A stretch of 64,000 nt of DNA from Treponemataceae bacterium (GTDB lineage: Bacteria; Spirochaetota; Spirochaetia; Treponematales; Rectinemataceae): NCBI GenBank assembly GCA_963678065.2, contig CAXXVZ010000005.1:416001-480000 (forward strand), given 5' to 3'. Below, in pieces: positions 50,067-59,557 of this stretch. The translations under genes were made by a program, and so were the position numbers. The number at the start of each line of letters is the position of its first letter. Position 1 is the first letter of the stretch. The notes under the pieces were generated by a model, which searched no databases, was not told where the DNA came from, and saw nothing but the letters and a program-made list of their open reading frames with translations.

Positions 50067-52193
50067 ATGGACAAGCCGATGACTGCAAATTCGAAAACAG
50101 GCAGAAAGCCAGGCCCGGGCGGCGGCCCGGCCATTCAGGCAGGCTCAGGCGGTATGCCAAGTCTCGACGCGCCCATCCGCGTCCCCCAAAACCTTCCACT
50201 CATCCTCGTTCTCTACCTTCTTGGAATCTTCATGGGAGCCATCGACACCGGCATCGTCACGCCGGCGAGGACCCTCATACAGTCCGCTCTCGGCGTGGAC
50301 GGCAAGACAGGCATCTGGATTATCACCATATACACCCTCGCCTACGCCGCCATCATCCCGATATCGGGCAAACTGGCGGACCGGTTCGGGCGCAAGGTTA
50401 TCTACATAGCCAGCATCGCCCTCTTCGGAGCGGGCTCGGCCATCTGCGCACTGTCGGCATCCACGGGATCATTCGCCGTCATGCTCGCGGGACGCGTCGT
50501 TCAGGCGATCGGCGGCGGCGGCATCATGCCGATCGCCACGGCCGAGTTCGGCACCACCTTCCCCGCAAGCAAGCGCGGCATGGCCCTGGGCCTCGTCGGA
50601 GGAGTCTACGGCATCGCGAACATCCTCGGCTCCACGATGGGCAGCGCCATCCTCGACATCTTCGGAAAATCGCGCTGGGACTTCCTCTTCATGGTCAATG
50701 TCCCCATCGCCGCCCTCATCGTCGTCGCCGGCCTCTTCATCCTCCCGAACACCAAGGGCGCCGCGGTCAGGAAAATCGACTGGGCGGGCATTCCCGTTCT
50801 CTCGGCCATGGTCCTCGCCCTCCTCTATGGCCTGCGCAACATCGACTTTTTCAACTTCGCGACCTCGATCCGGAGCGTCGAAGTCTATCCTTTCCTCGCG
50901 GCCTTCGCGCTCCTTTTACCCGTCCTCCTCTACGTAGAGAGGAGGGCGGAAGATCCCATCCTCGCCCTGGAATACTTCACAGGGCGGCAAACCCTCGTCA
51001 CCCTCATACTCTCCTTCATTGTCGGCGTCATGATGATGGGCATGGTCTTCGTTCCGCAGTTCGCGGAAAACGCTCTGGGGATCGCCTCGGGGTCGGGCGG
51101 GTATTTCGTGGCGGTGCTCGGAATTTTCGCCGGACTGTCGGGGCCGGCGAGCGGATCACTCATCGACCGCTTCGGTCCCAAGAAAATCCTGTACGCCGGA
51201 TTCACCATAACTCTGGCCGGAGCCCTCTTTCTCATCCTCTACACCGTGCCGCATCCGGACACGGCCGCCGTGATCGCGAGCCTCGCCATCATGGGACTCG
51301 GGCTCGGATTCACGATGGGAACGCCGCTCAACTACATGATGCTGCAGAACAGCCGCGCGGAAAACTTGAACTCGGCCCTCGCGACGCTTTCCCTCGTCCG
51401 CTCCATCGGAACGGCGATCGCGCCCGCCATCATGATCGGCTTTCTCGCCCACGCAGGAGTCACGGCCCAGGACAAACTCATGAGTCTCATGCCGCCCATC
51501 GAGGCTCCGCGCCTGGAGCAGGCCGAGAAACTCTCTCGCCTCGTCGACCGGATGAAAGCCGATCCGCGCCAGGCCGCCATGCTTACCTCAGTGCAGATTC
51601 CCTCATTCGACGTTCCGGCGGCGGCCATAAACATTGGCGGCGCCTCTGGCATGGGCGCCGCTCCCGGCGCGGGCTTGCCTGCCGACCTCGTCGCGAAACT
51701 CCAGGGAGCCGACGTCACGAGCATCGTCGACGTCATGAAAGAGCTCGCAAGGCGGATGTACGACGAAAAGACGCCTGCGGTCATGGAAAAAATCCAGGGA
51801 GGAATCCGCGCCGGGCTCGCGAAGATGGAAGAGTCGGTGGCATCCATGGATGCATCCCTCGCCAGGATCAGGGCAGGCAGCGCGGGCATGCCGGGCGCGG
51901 CGGCCGGAATCGAGGCAGGGAAGACAGGTCTCGGAGAGGTCGTCGCGACCATGAAGGCCCTCGACGACGAAATCCCCTCGGCATTCCGGAAGTCCAGGGA
52001 CTCGTACATGGTCAGCATCGAGGAGAGACGGCCCGAAATCGAAAGCGCCTTCCAATCCGCGCTCAATGTCGGCTTCAGCCAGATGTACATCACCGTGGCG
52101 CTTGCAAGCCTGGTGGGCGCTCTTGTACTCTCCTTCTACCGGCAGCGCGGAAAAACAGCCTTCGCCACCGCACAATCCGTCAACGAAGGCTGA
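50067..52193 (+). CDS. DHA2-type MFS efflux transporter with a large extracytoplasmic insertion
   Basis: GKLADRFGRK, GRVVQAIGGGG, F.VNVP and SLIDRFG; long hydrophilic region before the last transmembrane helix. Confidence 0.9.
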   Translation: MDKPMTANSKTGRKPGPGGGPAIQAGSGGMPSLDAPIRVPQNLPLILVLYLLGIFMGAIDTGIVTPARTLIQSALGVDGKTGIWIITIYTLAYAAIIPISGKLADRFGRKVIYIASIALFGAGSAICALSASTGSFAVMLAGRVVQAIGGGGIMPIATAEFGTTFPASKRGMALGLVGGVYGIANILGSTMGSAILDIFGKSRWDFLFMVNVPIAALIVVAGLFILPNTKGAAVRKIDWAGIPVLSAMVLALLYGLRNIDFFNFATSIRSVEVYPFLAAFALLLPVLLYVERRAEDPILALEYFTGRQTLVTLILSFIVGVMMMGMVFVPQFAENALGIASGSGGYFVAVLGIFAGLSGPASGSLIDRFGPKKILYAGFTITLAGALFLILYTVPHPDTAAVIASLAIMGLGLGFTMGTPLNYMMLQNSRAENLNSALATLSLVRSIGTAIAPAIMIGFLAHAGVTAQDKLMSLMPPIEAPRLEQAEKLSRLVDRMKADPRQAAMLTSVQIPSFDVPAAAINIGGASGMGAAPGAGLPADLVAKLQGADVTSIVDVMKELARRMYDEKTPAVMEKIQGGIRAGLAKMEESVASMDASLARIRAGSAGMPGAAAGIEAGKTGLGEVVATMKALDDEIPSAFRKSRDSYMVSIEERRPEIESAFQSALNVGFSQMYITVALASLVGALVLSFYRQRGKTAFATAQSVNEG

Positions 52194-52200
52194 ACGAACA

Positions 52201-52791
52201 ATGCCCAAAGCGATCGAACACGCACATGATGCCATCCTGGCCACGACTCGCGGTCTCCTCTTGACCGAGGGTTATGACAGTCTCACCATGCGCTCGATCG
52301 CCGCTGCCTCGGGCATAGCGACCGGCACGATCTACAACTATTACTCGGCGAAAGACGAAATCGTGTACGCCGTCATGCTCGAAGACTGGCGCGCCGCCCT
52401 CGAGGGCATGGACAGGGATCTGGAAGATGTTTCAGACGACGCGGAGAAGGTCGAAGGCCTGCGCCCGATTTTCATGAGGCTTCGGAATTTCACCGCGACT
52501 TACAGCGATGTCTGGCGCAGAATGGCCCTGCCTCCGAAAGAGGGAACAGCTTCCCGGGTACAATGCTACGACCGGACGCTGTTCATGCAGGAACTCTCGC
52601 AACGGATCCAGGGCGTCTTCGGGCGGGAAGACGGAGGAGCAGAGGGGGAGCGCGGGCAAGAACAGGCCGGCATCTCCTTCGAGGCCGGCTTCGTCGCGCG
52701 CATATTCTCTCTGTACGCCATGGAGAAGGATTTCGAGTATTCCAGGCTGGAGAATGTCCTCAGGAAAATGTTCCCGAGGAACCCCGTCTGA
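52201..52791 (+). CDS. TetR family regulator
   Basis: GYDSLTMRSIAAASGIATGTIYNYYSAKDEI. Confidence 0.92.
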   Translation: MPKAIEHAHDAILATTRGLLLTEGYDSLTMRSIAAASGIATGTIYNYYSAKDEIVYAVMLEDWRAALEGMDRDLEDVSDDAEKVEGLRPIFMRLRNFTATYSDVWRRMALPPKEGTASRVQCYDRTLFMQELSQRIQGVFGREDGGAEGERGQEQAGISFEAGFVARIFSLYAMEKDFEYSRLENVLRKMFPRNPV

Positions 52792-52871
52792 CCGAGGCCT
52801 GTTGCCGGGACGGCGGGACTCAAGTAGATTTATGTCTCGCGGCCCGCACAAGGCGTGGCGCGGAGGATACA

Positions 52872-53573
52872 ATGATCATACCGACCGTCGAAGAAATCAT
52901 AGCCCAGGACATCGAGCTCCTGAGAAAATGCCCCAAGAATTCAAACTGCGCGAGCTGTTCTGAGGAGACATGCGTCATGGTAGCGTCCGTGGCCGACTTT
53001 CCAACGGAATACGGACAGTTCACGATCATAGGATTCGTCAACAACAAAGACCGCAAAGACCACATCGTCATCCTGAAGGGCGAAATCGGCGACGGCGAAG
53101 ACCTGCTCGTCCGCGTCCACTCTGCCTGCCTCACGGGGGACGCCCTCGGGAGCATGCGCTGCGACTGCGGCCCCCAGCTCCACCACGCTCTCAGGCGCAT
53201 CGAGGCGGAAGGCCGCGGGATCGTCCTCTACCATCAGGAAGAAGGCCGGGGGATCGGGCTCGTGAACAAACTTCGCGCATATGCCCTGCAGGATAAAGGC
53301 TATGACACTCTCGACGCGAACGTGGCTCTGGGATTCAGGGCGGACGAGCGTGACTACCGCATCCCCGCCGAGATGCTCAAGAAGCTGGGAGTGAGGAGCG
53401 TGCGCCTGCTCACGAACAATCCGGAGAAGGTCGAGGCGATGGAGAAGTACGGCGTCAGGGTGACCGAGCGCGTGCAGCACGAGCTTCCGCCCCACGAGCA
53501 CAACCACGACTACCTCGAGACCAAGAAAGAGCGCTTCGGCCACTTCCTCGAGCTCGACCACGCGAAAGGGTAA
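52872..53573 (+). CDS. ribA: GTP cyclohydrolase II
   Basis: VRVHSACLTGD..S.RCDCG.QL, QEEGRGIGL, D.RDY and LLTNNP.K. Confidence 0.95.
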   Translation: MIIPTVEEIIAQDIELLRKCPKNSNCASCSEETCVMVASVADFPTEYGQFTIIGFVNNKDRKDHIVILKGEIGDGEDLLVRVHSACLTGDALGSMRCDCGPQLHHALRRIEAEGRGIVLYHQEEGRGIGLVNKLRAYALQDKGYDTLDANVALGFRADERDYRIPAEMLKKLGVRSVRLLTNNPEKVEAMEKYGVRVTERVQHELPPHEHNHDYLETKKERFGHFLELDHAKG

Positions 53574-53690
53574 AAGCCCTCCCGACGGGGCCCGAAGCCG
53601 CAGTCCCGGCCGGCGCGGAAGGTCGCCAGGCCGATCTGATTCCGCGCCCGACCGACGCGGCGGCTGTGGCCGGAACCGCGTGTCCCGGCG

Positions 53691-54653
53691 TCATTCCGGC
53701 CGGAGCGCGCCGTCCTTCGACCCGCCGCCCTGCAGCGGGATGAGGAAAACGGGTTTCCGGGTCCGGCGCAAAACCTCGCAGGCCACCGATCTCGACCAGA
53801 AAGCCTTCATGCCCGCCTTGCCGTGCGAGGCGAGGACGATCGCGTCCGCATCGTGGCGCCTCACCGAGGCGGCGATGACGGCTGCGGGCGCCCCGCGGGC
53901 GAGCTCGGCGCGAACCTTCAGGCTCGTCGCCCCGAGTTCGTCCAGATGCTCCTGGAGGTGCACGGCTGCCTGTCTTCCCTTCATCTCCAGCAGGGCCGAT
54001 GTGGCGAGCGGCGAAAGCGTCCTCACCGCCGAGGAATCGCCGTTCAGGCTCGAGGCCGTGTGCACCACCGTCAGAAGCCGGATCTCGGCGCCGAAGGCGC
54101 GCGCGATAGCGGCCGCCCAGGGCAGGGATTCGTCGTGGTCGGACTCGCTGTCGATCGGGACGAGGAGGCGGTCGATGGTGAACGGCGATTCCGGCACCGT
54201 CTGAAACTCCGGCCTCTCCTGTTTCCCGTCGGGATGGACGAGGAGGAGGGGCGTGCGTCCCGACGCGATGACCCTCTGGGCGAGGGAGCCGAACACGAAA
54301 TTCCTGAGACTGGCGTCCCCGTGCGTGCACATGACGATGAGGTCGGGATCGAATTCCCGGGAAGCGTGGCTGAGGATTGCCCGGGCGACATCGTCGATGG
54401 CCTCGGCGTGGACGTGTGTCTCGACCCTGATTCCGGAGGATGCGAGCCGGGCCGCGACATCATCCAGATAGGCCGTGGCCTCCCTCGCGTCCGTGAGGTG
54501 CCTGTCCCCGTGGATTTCCGCGCGCGCGCGGCGCTCCACGACATGGAGAAGGGTGAGCACGGCGCCGAAACTCCGGGCAAAGGCCGCCGCGGGGGCGATT
54601 CCGGCCTCCGCGAGGGTCGAGCCGTCGAGGGGGAGCAGAATGTTTCCGATCAT
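53691..54653 (-). CDS. Tandem universal stress protein
   Basis: ILLPLDGS..AE, DLIVM.THG..FGS.A and second repeat LLVPIDS..SHG; ATGA overlap with mntH. Confidence 0.9.
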   Translation of the reverse strand: MIGNILLPLDGSTLAEAGIAPAAAFARSFGAVLTLLHVVERRARAEIHGDRHLTDAREATAYLDDVAARLASSGIRVETHVHAEAIDDVARAILSHASREFDPDLIVMCTHGDASLRNFVFGSLAQRVIASGRTPLLLVHPDGKQERPEFQTVPESPFTIDRLLVPIDSESDHDESLPWAAAIARAFGAEIRLLTVVHTASSLNGDSSAVRTLSPLATSALLEMKGRQAAVHLQEHLDELGATSLKVRAELARGAPAAVIAASVRRHDADAIVLASHGKAGMKAFWSRSVACEVLRRTRKPVFLIPLQGGGSKDGALRPE

Positions 54654-56002
54654 GATCGACCTCCCGAGAGGAGCCGGAAAACGAGGAAGAAATTGAGGGC
54701 CAGGATCAGCGCTACGGCTATTCCGGCCGCGATGTTGGTCGCCAGGCGGTTCGCGAGGCTGCCCATGATGTCCCGCCTCCGCGTGAACTGTAAAAGCGGT
54801 ATGACGGCGAATGGCAGGCCGAAGCTGAGGACAACTTGGCTCAGGACGAGGGTGCGCGTCGGGTCGAGCCCGATGGCCAGAACGAAGAGAGAAGGGACGA
54901 TGGTGACGAGGCGGCGTATCCAGGGCGCTATCTTGTGCCTGAGAAATCCCTGCATGATGACCTGACCGGCCATGGTTCCCACCGACGAAGAGGAGAGTCC
55001 GCTCGCGAGCAGGGAAATGCCGAAAAACCACTGGGCGGCCTTCCCGAGAAGGGGTTCAAGGGTCTTGTGGGCCTGCTGGATCGTCCCGATATCCGTGAGA
55101 CCCTTCGAATTGAAGGTGGTCGCCGCCATGATGAGCATGGCCATGTTGATGAGGCCCGCCCCGCCCATGGCCACGACGACATCGATGACCTCGTAGCGGA
55201 ACAGCTTTTTCATCATCCCCGGATCCTTGATGACGATGCGGTCCTGGGTGAGGGCCGAGTGCAGGTAAATGGCGTGCGGCATGACCGTGGCGCCGAGGAT
55301 TCCGGCGGCGACGACCACGCTTTCGGTGCCCGAGAACATGGGCACGACGGCGTGGTAAAGCACTGTCCCCCAGTTCGGCCTGACGAGGGCGATCTCGACG
55401 AGGTAGCTCACTGCGACGACGGCGACCATGCCCGTGATGACAGCCTCGATGGGGCGGAAGCCGAAGCGTTCGAGGCCGAGGATGAGGAAGGTCACGACCG
55501 CCGTGAGGAGGCCCGCCCACATGAGCGGCATCCCGAAGAGCAGGTTGAACCCGAGGGCCGCGCCGATGAACTCGGCCAGGTCGGTGGCGATGGCCGCGAG
55601 CTCGGCGACCACCCACATGATCCGCACGAGCCAGCGCGGGTACTGGTTGCGGCAGTGCTCCGCGAGGTTGAGCCCGGTCGCGATGCCGAGCTTGGCGGAG
55701 AGAGTCTGGAGAATCATGGCCATCAGGTTCGAGGCCAGGATGACCCACAGGAGCATATAGCCGAATTTGGCGCCGCCCTCGATGTTGGTCGCGAAATTGC
55801 CCGGGTCCATGTAGGCGACACTGGCGATGAAGGCCGGCCCCATGAAGGGGAGGAGCCTCGCGAGAAAGCCTTTTTTGCTCGTGCCGGCGAGGATCTCGTT
55901 GGCGAGTTCCACCGTGCCTTTTCTGCCGCCCGCAGGGTCGTTCCCGGGCTTCCCTTCGGTTTCCATTCCAGGGTCCCCTGCCGGGGCGGTGATTTTTCCC
56001 AT
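54650..56002 (-). CDS. mntH: Nramp Mn2+/Fe2+ transporter
   Basis: AYMDPGN, GATVMPHAIYLHS, AGQVIMQGF and SQVVLS. Confidence 0.95.
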   Translation of the reverse strand: MGKITAPAGDPGMETEGKPGNDPAGGRKGTVELANEILAGTSKKGFLARLLPFMGPAFIASVAYMDPGNFATNIEGGAKFGYMLLWVILASNLMAMILQTLSAKLGIATGLNLAEHCRNQYPRWLVRIMWVVAELAAIATDLAEFIGAALGFNLLFGMPLMWAGLLTAVVTFLILGLERFGFRPIEAVITGMVAVVAVSYLVEIALVRPNWGTVLYHAVVPMFSGTESVVVAAGILGATVMPHAIYLHSALTQDRIVIKDPGMMKKLFRYEVIDVVVAMGGAGLINMAMLIMAATTFNSKGLTDIGTIQQAHKTLEPLLGKAAQWFFGISLLASGLSSSSVGTMAGQVIMQGFLRHKIAPWIRRLVTIVPSLFVLAIGLDPTRTLVLSQVVLSFGLPFAVIPLLQFTRRRDIMGSLANRLATNIAAGIAVALILALNFFLVFRLLSGGRS

Positions 56003-56096
56003 GCTTCAAGTATACTGTCTAACCTGCCCCGGAGGCATCCCCGGGACAGGTTAGACAATGAAAGGCGGGCTTGTCCGGAAAGAACGGCCCTCCCCG

Positions 56097-57344
56097 TCAG
56101 GGCTTTATCAGAGCATCGGCCACGAGCTTCGAGATGAACTCGATCCGGAGCCCGAGGCCGTAGTGCGCGTTGAGGTCAGTGAGCTGGGAGTGGCAGTTCT
56201 CGCAGGCGGTCGTGACCATGGAGGCGCCCGAGGCCGCCATCTGATCGGCCTTCACCTTCGAGGACTTCATGCGGAACTCGTCCTCGCCGATGGCGACGAG
56301 GCCGCCCCCGCCGCCGCAGCACCAGTTCTCCTCGCGCGTCGGCGTCATCTCGCGGAAGTTGGGCGTGAGCGCGGAGAGCACGCGGCGCGGCTCCTCGAAG
56401 ACACCCGAGTTGCGCGCGATCTGGCAGGGATCGTGGTAGGTCACCCAGCCCGGGATCGTGCCGCGGTTGAGCTTGATTCTGCCCCCGCGGATGTACCGGT
56501 CGATCAGTTCGACGAAGGTGACGACCTTGAACCTGTCCTGCGGCATGAAGTGCCTGAGCACGCGGAATGCCGTGCCGCACTCGACGACGGCTATCTCTTT
56601 CACGCCGAGCTTTTCGGCCTCGGAGAATATGCGCCCGGCTATGAGTTTCATCTTCGCGCCGTCCCCGAGGAAGGCCCCGAAGTTGACCGCCTCGAAGTAC
56701 GAGAGCGACCAACTCTCCCCGGCCGCATTCATGATCGCCGCGGCGGGGACGATGGAGTGTTTGCCCGCGAGCGCGACGTAGAGAACATCCGCCCCTTGCA
56801 CTTCGACGGGAATGGATGGCGTCGGGGACGCGGGCCAGAGCGCGCGCACCTCGGCGTCCAGGTTGCCCACGGCTTCCTTGAAAGAATCCTTCGTGTCCTC
56901 GATCCCCTCGCCCTTGGCGATGGACATGTCGGCGAGCATGGAGAGGATCTCCTGGGAGCGGTCCGCGCCGATGAGGAGGGCCTTCGCGATGCCCATGATC
57001 TGCTGAGTGTCGATGCCGAAGGGACAGTGGACCATGCAGCGGCGGCAGCCCGTGCAGGACCACGCGGCCTCTTTCACCATGTCGAGGGTCGTCTCGTCGA
57101 ACTCGAGGACCTCGCCGAGCCAGGGCGCGAACTTCCCCTGCATCCTGAAATAGCGCTTGAAAATCTTGCGTATGACTTCCGCGCGGCCGACGGCGGTGTA
57201 CTTCGCTTCGGGCATCGACGCGTAGACATGGCAGGACTCGACGCACAGGCCGCATCTCGCGCATGTGTCGAGATACATGCGCATGGTCCCGTTGAGCCTG
57301 GTTTCGAATAACTTCCTGAGCTGGGAACTCACGCCCGAGTCCAT
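56097..57344 (-). CDS. DsrK/HdrD-like Fe-S protein (heterodisulfide reductase catalytic-type, CCG domain)
   Basis: CARCGLCVESC, CTGCRRCMVHCP, EAVNFG, ECG, HDPC, CCGGGGG and ACENC; GAGGAGG RBS. Confidence 0.9.
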   Translation of the reverse strand: MDSGVSSQLRKLFETRLNGTMRMYLDTCARCGLCVESCHVYASMPEAKYTAVGRAEVIRKIFKRYFRMQGKFAPWLGEVLEFDETTLDMVKEAAWSCTGCRRCMVHCPFGIDTQQIMGIAKALLIGADRSQEILSMLADMSIAKGEGIEDTKDSFKEAVGNLDAEVRALWPASPTPSIPVEVQGADVLYVALAGKHSIVPAAAIMNAAGESWSLSYFEAVNFGAFLGDGAKMKLIAGRIFSEAEKLGVKEIAVVECGTAFRVLRHFMPQDRFKVVTFVELIDRYIRGGRIKLNRGTIPGWVTYHDPCQIARNSGVFEEPRRVLSALTPNFREMTPTREENWCCGGGGGLVAIGEDEFRMKSSKVKADQMAASGASMVTTACENCHSQLTDLNAHYGLGLRIEFISKLVADALIKP

Positions 57345-58237
57345 ACGGTCCTCCTCACGAGGTTGAGCGGGAATGCGAAGCAGGTGTGCATGAACTTGGT
57401 GAAGGGCAGCGCGATGAAGAGCAGGTTGGCGAGAAGCACGTGCAGCACCGCGAAGTGGTAGTGCGATCCGTGGAGGACGAGCCGGGGATCGGCGAAAGTG
57501 AACCGGAAGAGTCCGTCGAAATACTTCGCGAAGTCGGCCTTCGTCATGACGAAGCCATTTTTCGTCCAGGAATTCCCCCAGCTCATGAGGTCGCCCAAGA
57601 GGAAAAGGAAAAGGAGGAGAAGGAGCACGAGGTAGTCGCCCGGCGTCGATATGGCGCGGTTGACGCCCGAGAAACGTCGTCCGAGGAAATAGAAGGTCGG
57701 GACGGTCACCATGAGCCCGACGAACCCTGCGCCGATCATGTGCCGGGAGGCTTCGGGAACGATGGAGACGTGCGGAAGGATGTCGATGTGGCCGAGGAAG
57801 AGAAGGAGGAATCCGATGTGGTAGGTCATGAGGAAGATCCAGAACACCGGCGCCCGCCTGCGGATCTGCGGCATGCCGAAGGTGTCGCGCAGGGCGGCGA
57901 GGAAGGGGAAGCGCGGCGCGGGGTAGAGGGCGAGCTGGTAGGGAGGCGGCCCCGCGCGGAATGTCTTCGCAATCTTCGCGATAGCTACGACGAGGAAAAA
58001 AGCGATGGACAGGTAGACCATGGGAACCATGATGAAATAGTAAAGCTTGTCGAAGAGGAGGGCGAAACCGCTGTGGACGACGGCCGCGGAAGCGCCTGAC
58101 ACCGCCTGGGCACCTTCGGTCGCGCTCTGCGAGGCGCCCGAAACCACCTCGGCCGCCTTCCCCGCCAGAGTCGTGGCAGTCGTCATGACACCCTGAATTG
58201 CTGTCGCGGCGACTGTCGTGACGGTTGTACCGTTCAT
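57329..58237 (-). CDS. NarI/DsrM-like membrane di-heme cytochrome b
   Basis: About 5 transmembrane helices with His pairs YHIG..LGH and LHVL..PFTKFMH; S.P.DY motif. Confidence 0.88.
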   Translation of the reverse strand: MNGTTVTTVAATAIQGVMTTATTLAGKAAEVVSGASQSATEGAQAVSGASAAVVHSGFALLFDKLYYFIMVPMVYLSIAFFLVVAIAKIAKTFRAGPPPYQLALYPAPRFPFLAALRDTFGMPQIRRRAPVFWIFLMTYHIGFLLLFLGHIDILPHVSIVPEASRHMIGAGFVGLMVTVPTFYFLGRRFSGVNRAISTPGDYLVLLLLLFLFLLGDLMSWGNSWTKNGFVMTKADFAKYFDGLFRFTFADPRLVLHGSHYHFAVLHVLLANLLFIALPFTKFMHTCFAFPLNLVRRTVWTRA

Positions 58238-58246
58238 GTCCTGCGC

Positions 58247-58486
58247 CTACTTCGTCCGCTTCACGAAAATCCTGATCACGCCTGCTTCCTGCTTCGTCTC
58301 GACGACCTGCTGACCAGTCGTCTTCGCCCAGGCGGGAAAGTCGGAGAGGGAGCCCGGATCTGTCGTAAGAACCTCGACCGTGTCGCCGACATTGACCGTC
58401 TTGATCTCCTTCGAGATCTTCACGACCGGCATCGGACACGCGAGACCCTTGTAGTTCAGTGTTTTGACGAACGTTACATCAGCCAT
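58247..58486 (-). CDS. tusA: TusA-family sulfurtransferase
   Basis: GLACPMP (CPxP) and TDPGS..D.PAW. Confidence 0.92.
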   Translation of the reverse strand: MADVTFVKTLNYKGLACPMPVVKISKEIKTVNVGDTVEVLTTDPGSLSDFPAWAKTTGQQVVETKQEAGVIRIFVKRTK

Positions 58487-58580
58487 GATTCGCTCCTTGT
58501 CGCTGCGGACATGCGGGCGGACAGCCGATCGCCCCGCCCGGTATGAATTATACGTGAATCCGGAAAATCCGGCACGATTC

Positions 58581-59123
58581 TCAGATAAAAAGCTGTACGG
58601 CGGAATCCCTGGCTTCGGCGATGAAGGTCGCGACTCCCCCGTAGGTCAGCTGGGGATACTCGATCATCTCCTCGCGCTTGAAGCCCATGAGGTCCATGGA
58701 CATCTCGCAGATGACGATGCGCACGCCGAGTTCGCCCGCGACTTCGTAGAGCTGGTCGAGGCTGGCCACGTTTTTCTTCTTCATGAGCCCCTTGAGCATG
58801 GCCGTTCCGGCCCCCGCCATGTGCATCTGCGAGAGCTTCAGCTTGTTGCGACCCTTCGGCAGCATGAAACCGAACATCTTCTCGATGAGGTTCTTGCCGG
58901 CGACCTTTTTGCCCGGCGACCTGAGGGCGGCGGTGCCCCAGAAGGTGTAGAACATGACGACTTCCATGCCCATCGCTCCGGCGCCGGTCGCGATGATCAT
59001 GGAGGCTATCTGCCTGTCGAGATCGCCCGAAAACACGATCATCGACAACTTGTTCTTCGCGCCCGGCCTCTCGTCGAGCTGCGCGCGGATTTCCGCCAGT
59101 TCCTTCGCATAATCGAGTTCCAT
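58581..59123 (-). CDS. DsrE2 (DsrE/DsrF/DrsH-like, YrkE-type) sulfur carrier
   Basis: IVFSGDLD, A.GA.AMG, FYTFWG, ICEMSMDLMG and GVATF. Confidence 0.92.
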   Translation of the reverse strand: MELDYAKELAEIRAQLDERPGAKNKLSMIVFSGDLDRQIASMIIATGAGAMGMEVVMFYTFWGTAALRSPGKKVAGKNLIEKMFGFMLPKGRNKLKLSQMHMAGAGTAMLKGLMKKKNVASLDQLYEVAGELGVRIVICEMSMDLMGFKREEMIEYPQLTYGGVATFIAEARDSAVQLFI

Positions 59124-59150
59124 TGTCTATCTCCTTCGGGAAAGTGTGGA

Positions 59151-59537
59151 CTACAGAGCGGGAATGGAAAGATCTCTCTCCGCGGAAGACGGAATGTCCT
59201 CCGGGGGCGAGGCGTCGTCGGCCTGATATCGGGCCGGGACTCTGTGGAGAGTGCATCCTTCGAGACACTGGATGAGGTTCGCCAGCTTGGGTTCGGCCAG
59301 CCTGTAGACCGCAAAGCCCTCGGCCCGGGAAGTGTCGACGAGGCGGGACAGCCGGAGGATGCGCAGTTGCTGGGATACGATGGCCGGCGGAGCCGAAAGC
59401 GTCCGCGCGATGTCGGAGACAGTGGCTTCGCCCCGGCACAGGAGGGCGATGATCCGCAGACGCACGGGATGTCCGAGGGCCTTCACAATATCGGCCATGC
59501 TCCCGGCGAAGGCGCGGTCTTCCATGAATGATGGCAT
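59151..59537 (-). CDS. ArsR/SmtB regulator with BigR/SqrR-like cysteines
   Basis: KALGHPVRLRII.LLC, VSQQL.ILR and YRLA..LIQCLEGC. Confidence 0.88.
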   Translation of the reverse strand: MPSFMEDRAFAGSMADIVKALGHPVRLRIIALLCRGEATVSDIARTLSAPPAIVSQQLRILRLSRLVDTSRAEGFAVYRLAEPKLANLIQCLEGCTLHRVPARYQADDASPPEDIPSSAERDLSIPAL

Positions 59538-59557
59538 TGGGCAAACCTCAGAATGTC

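Noticed and set aside
56097..59123. Selenocysteine or stop-codon readthrough in the redox and sulfur genes
   Set aside because: All catalytic positions inspected are Cys codons within uninterrupted ORFs; no in-frame TGA needs recoding.
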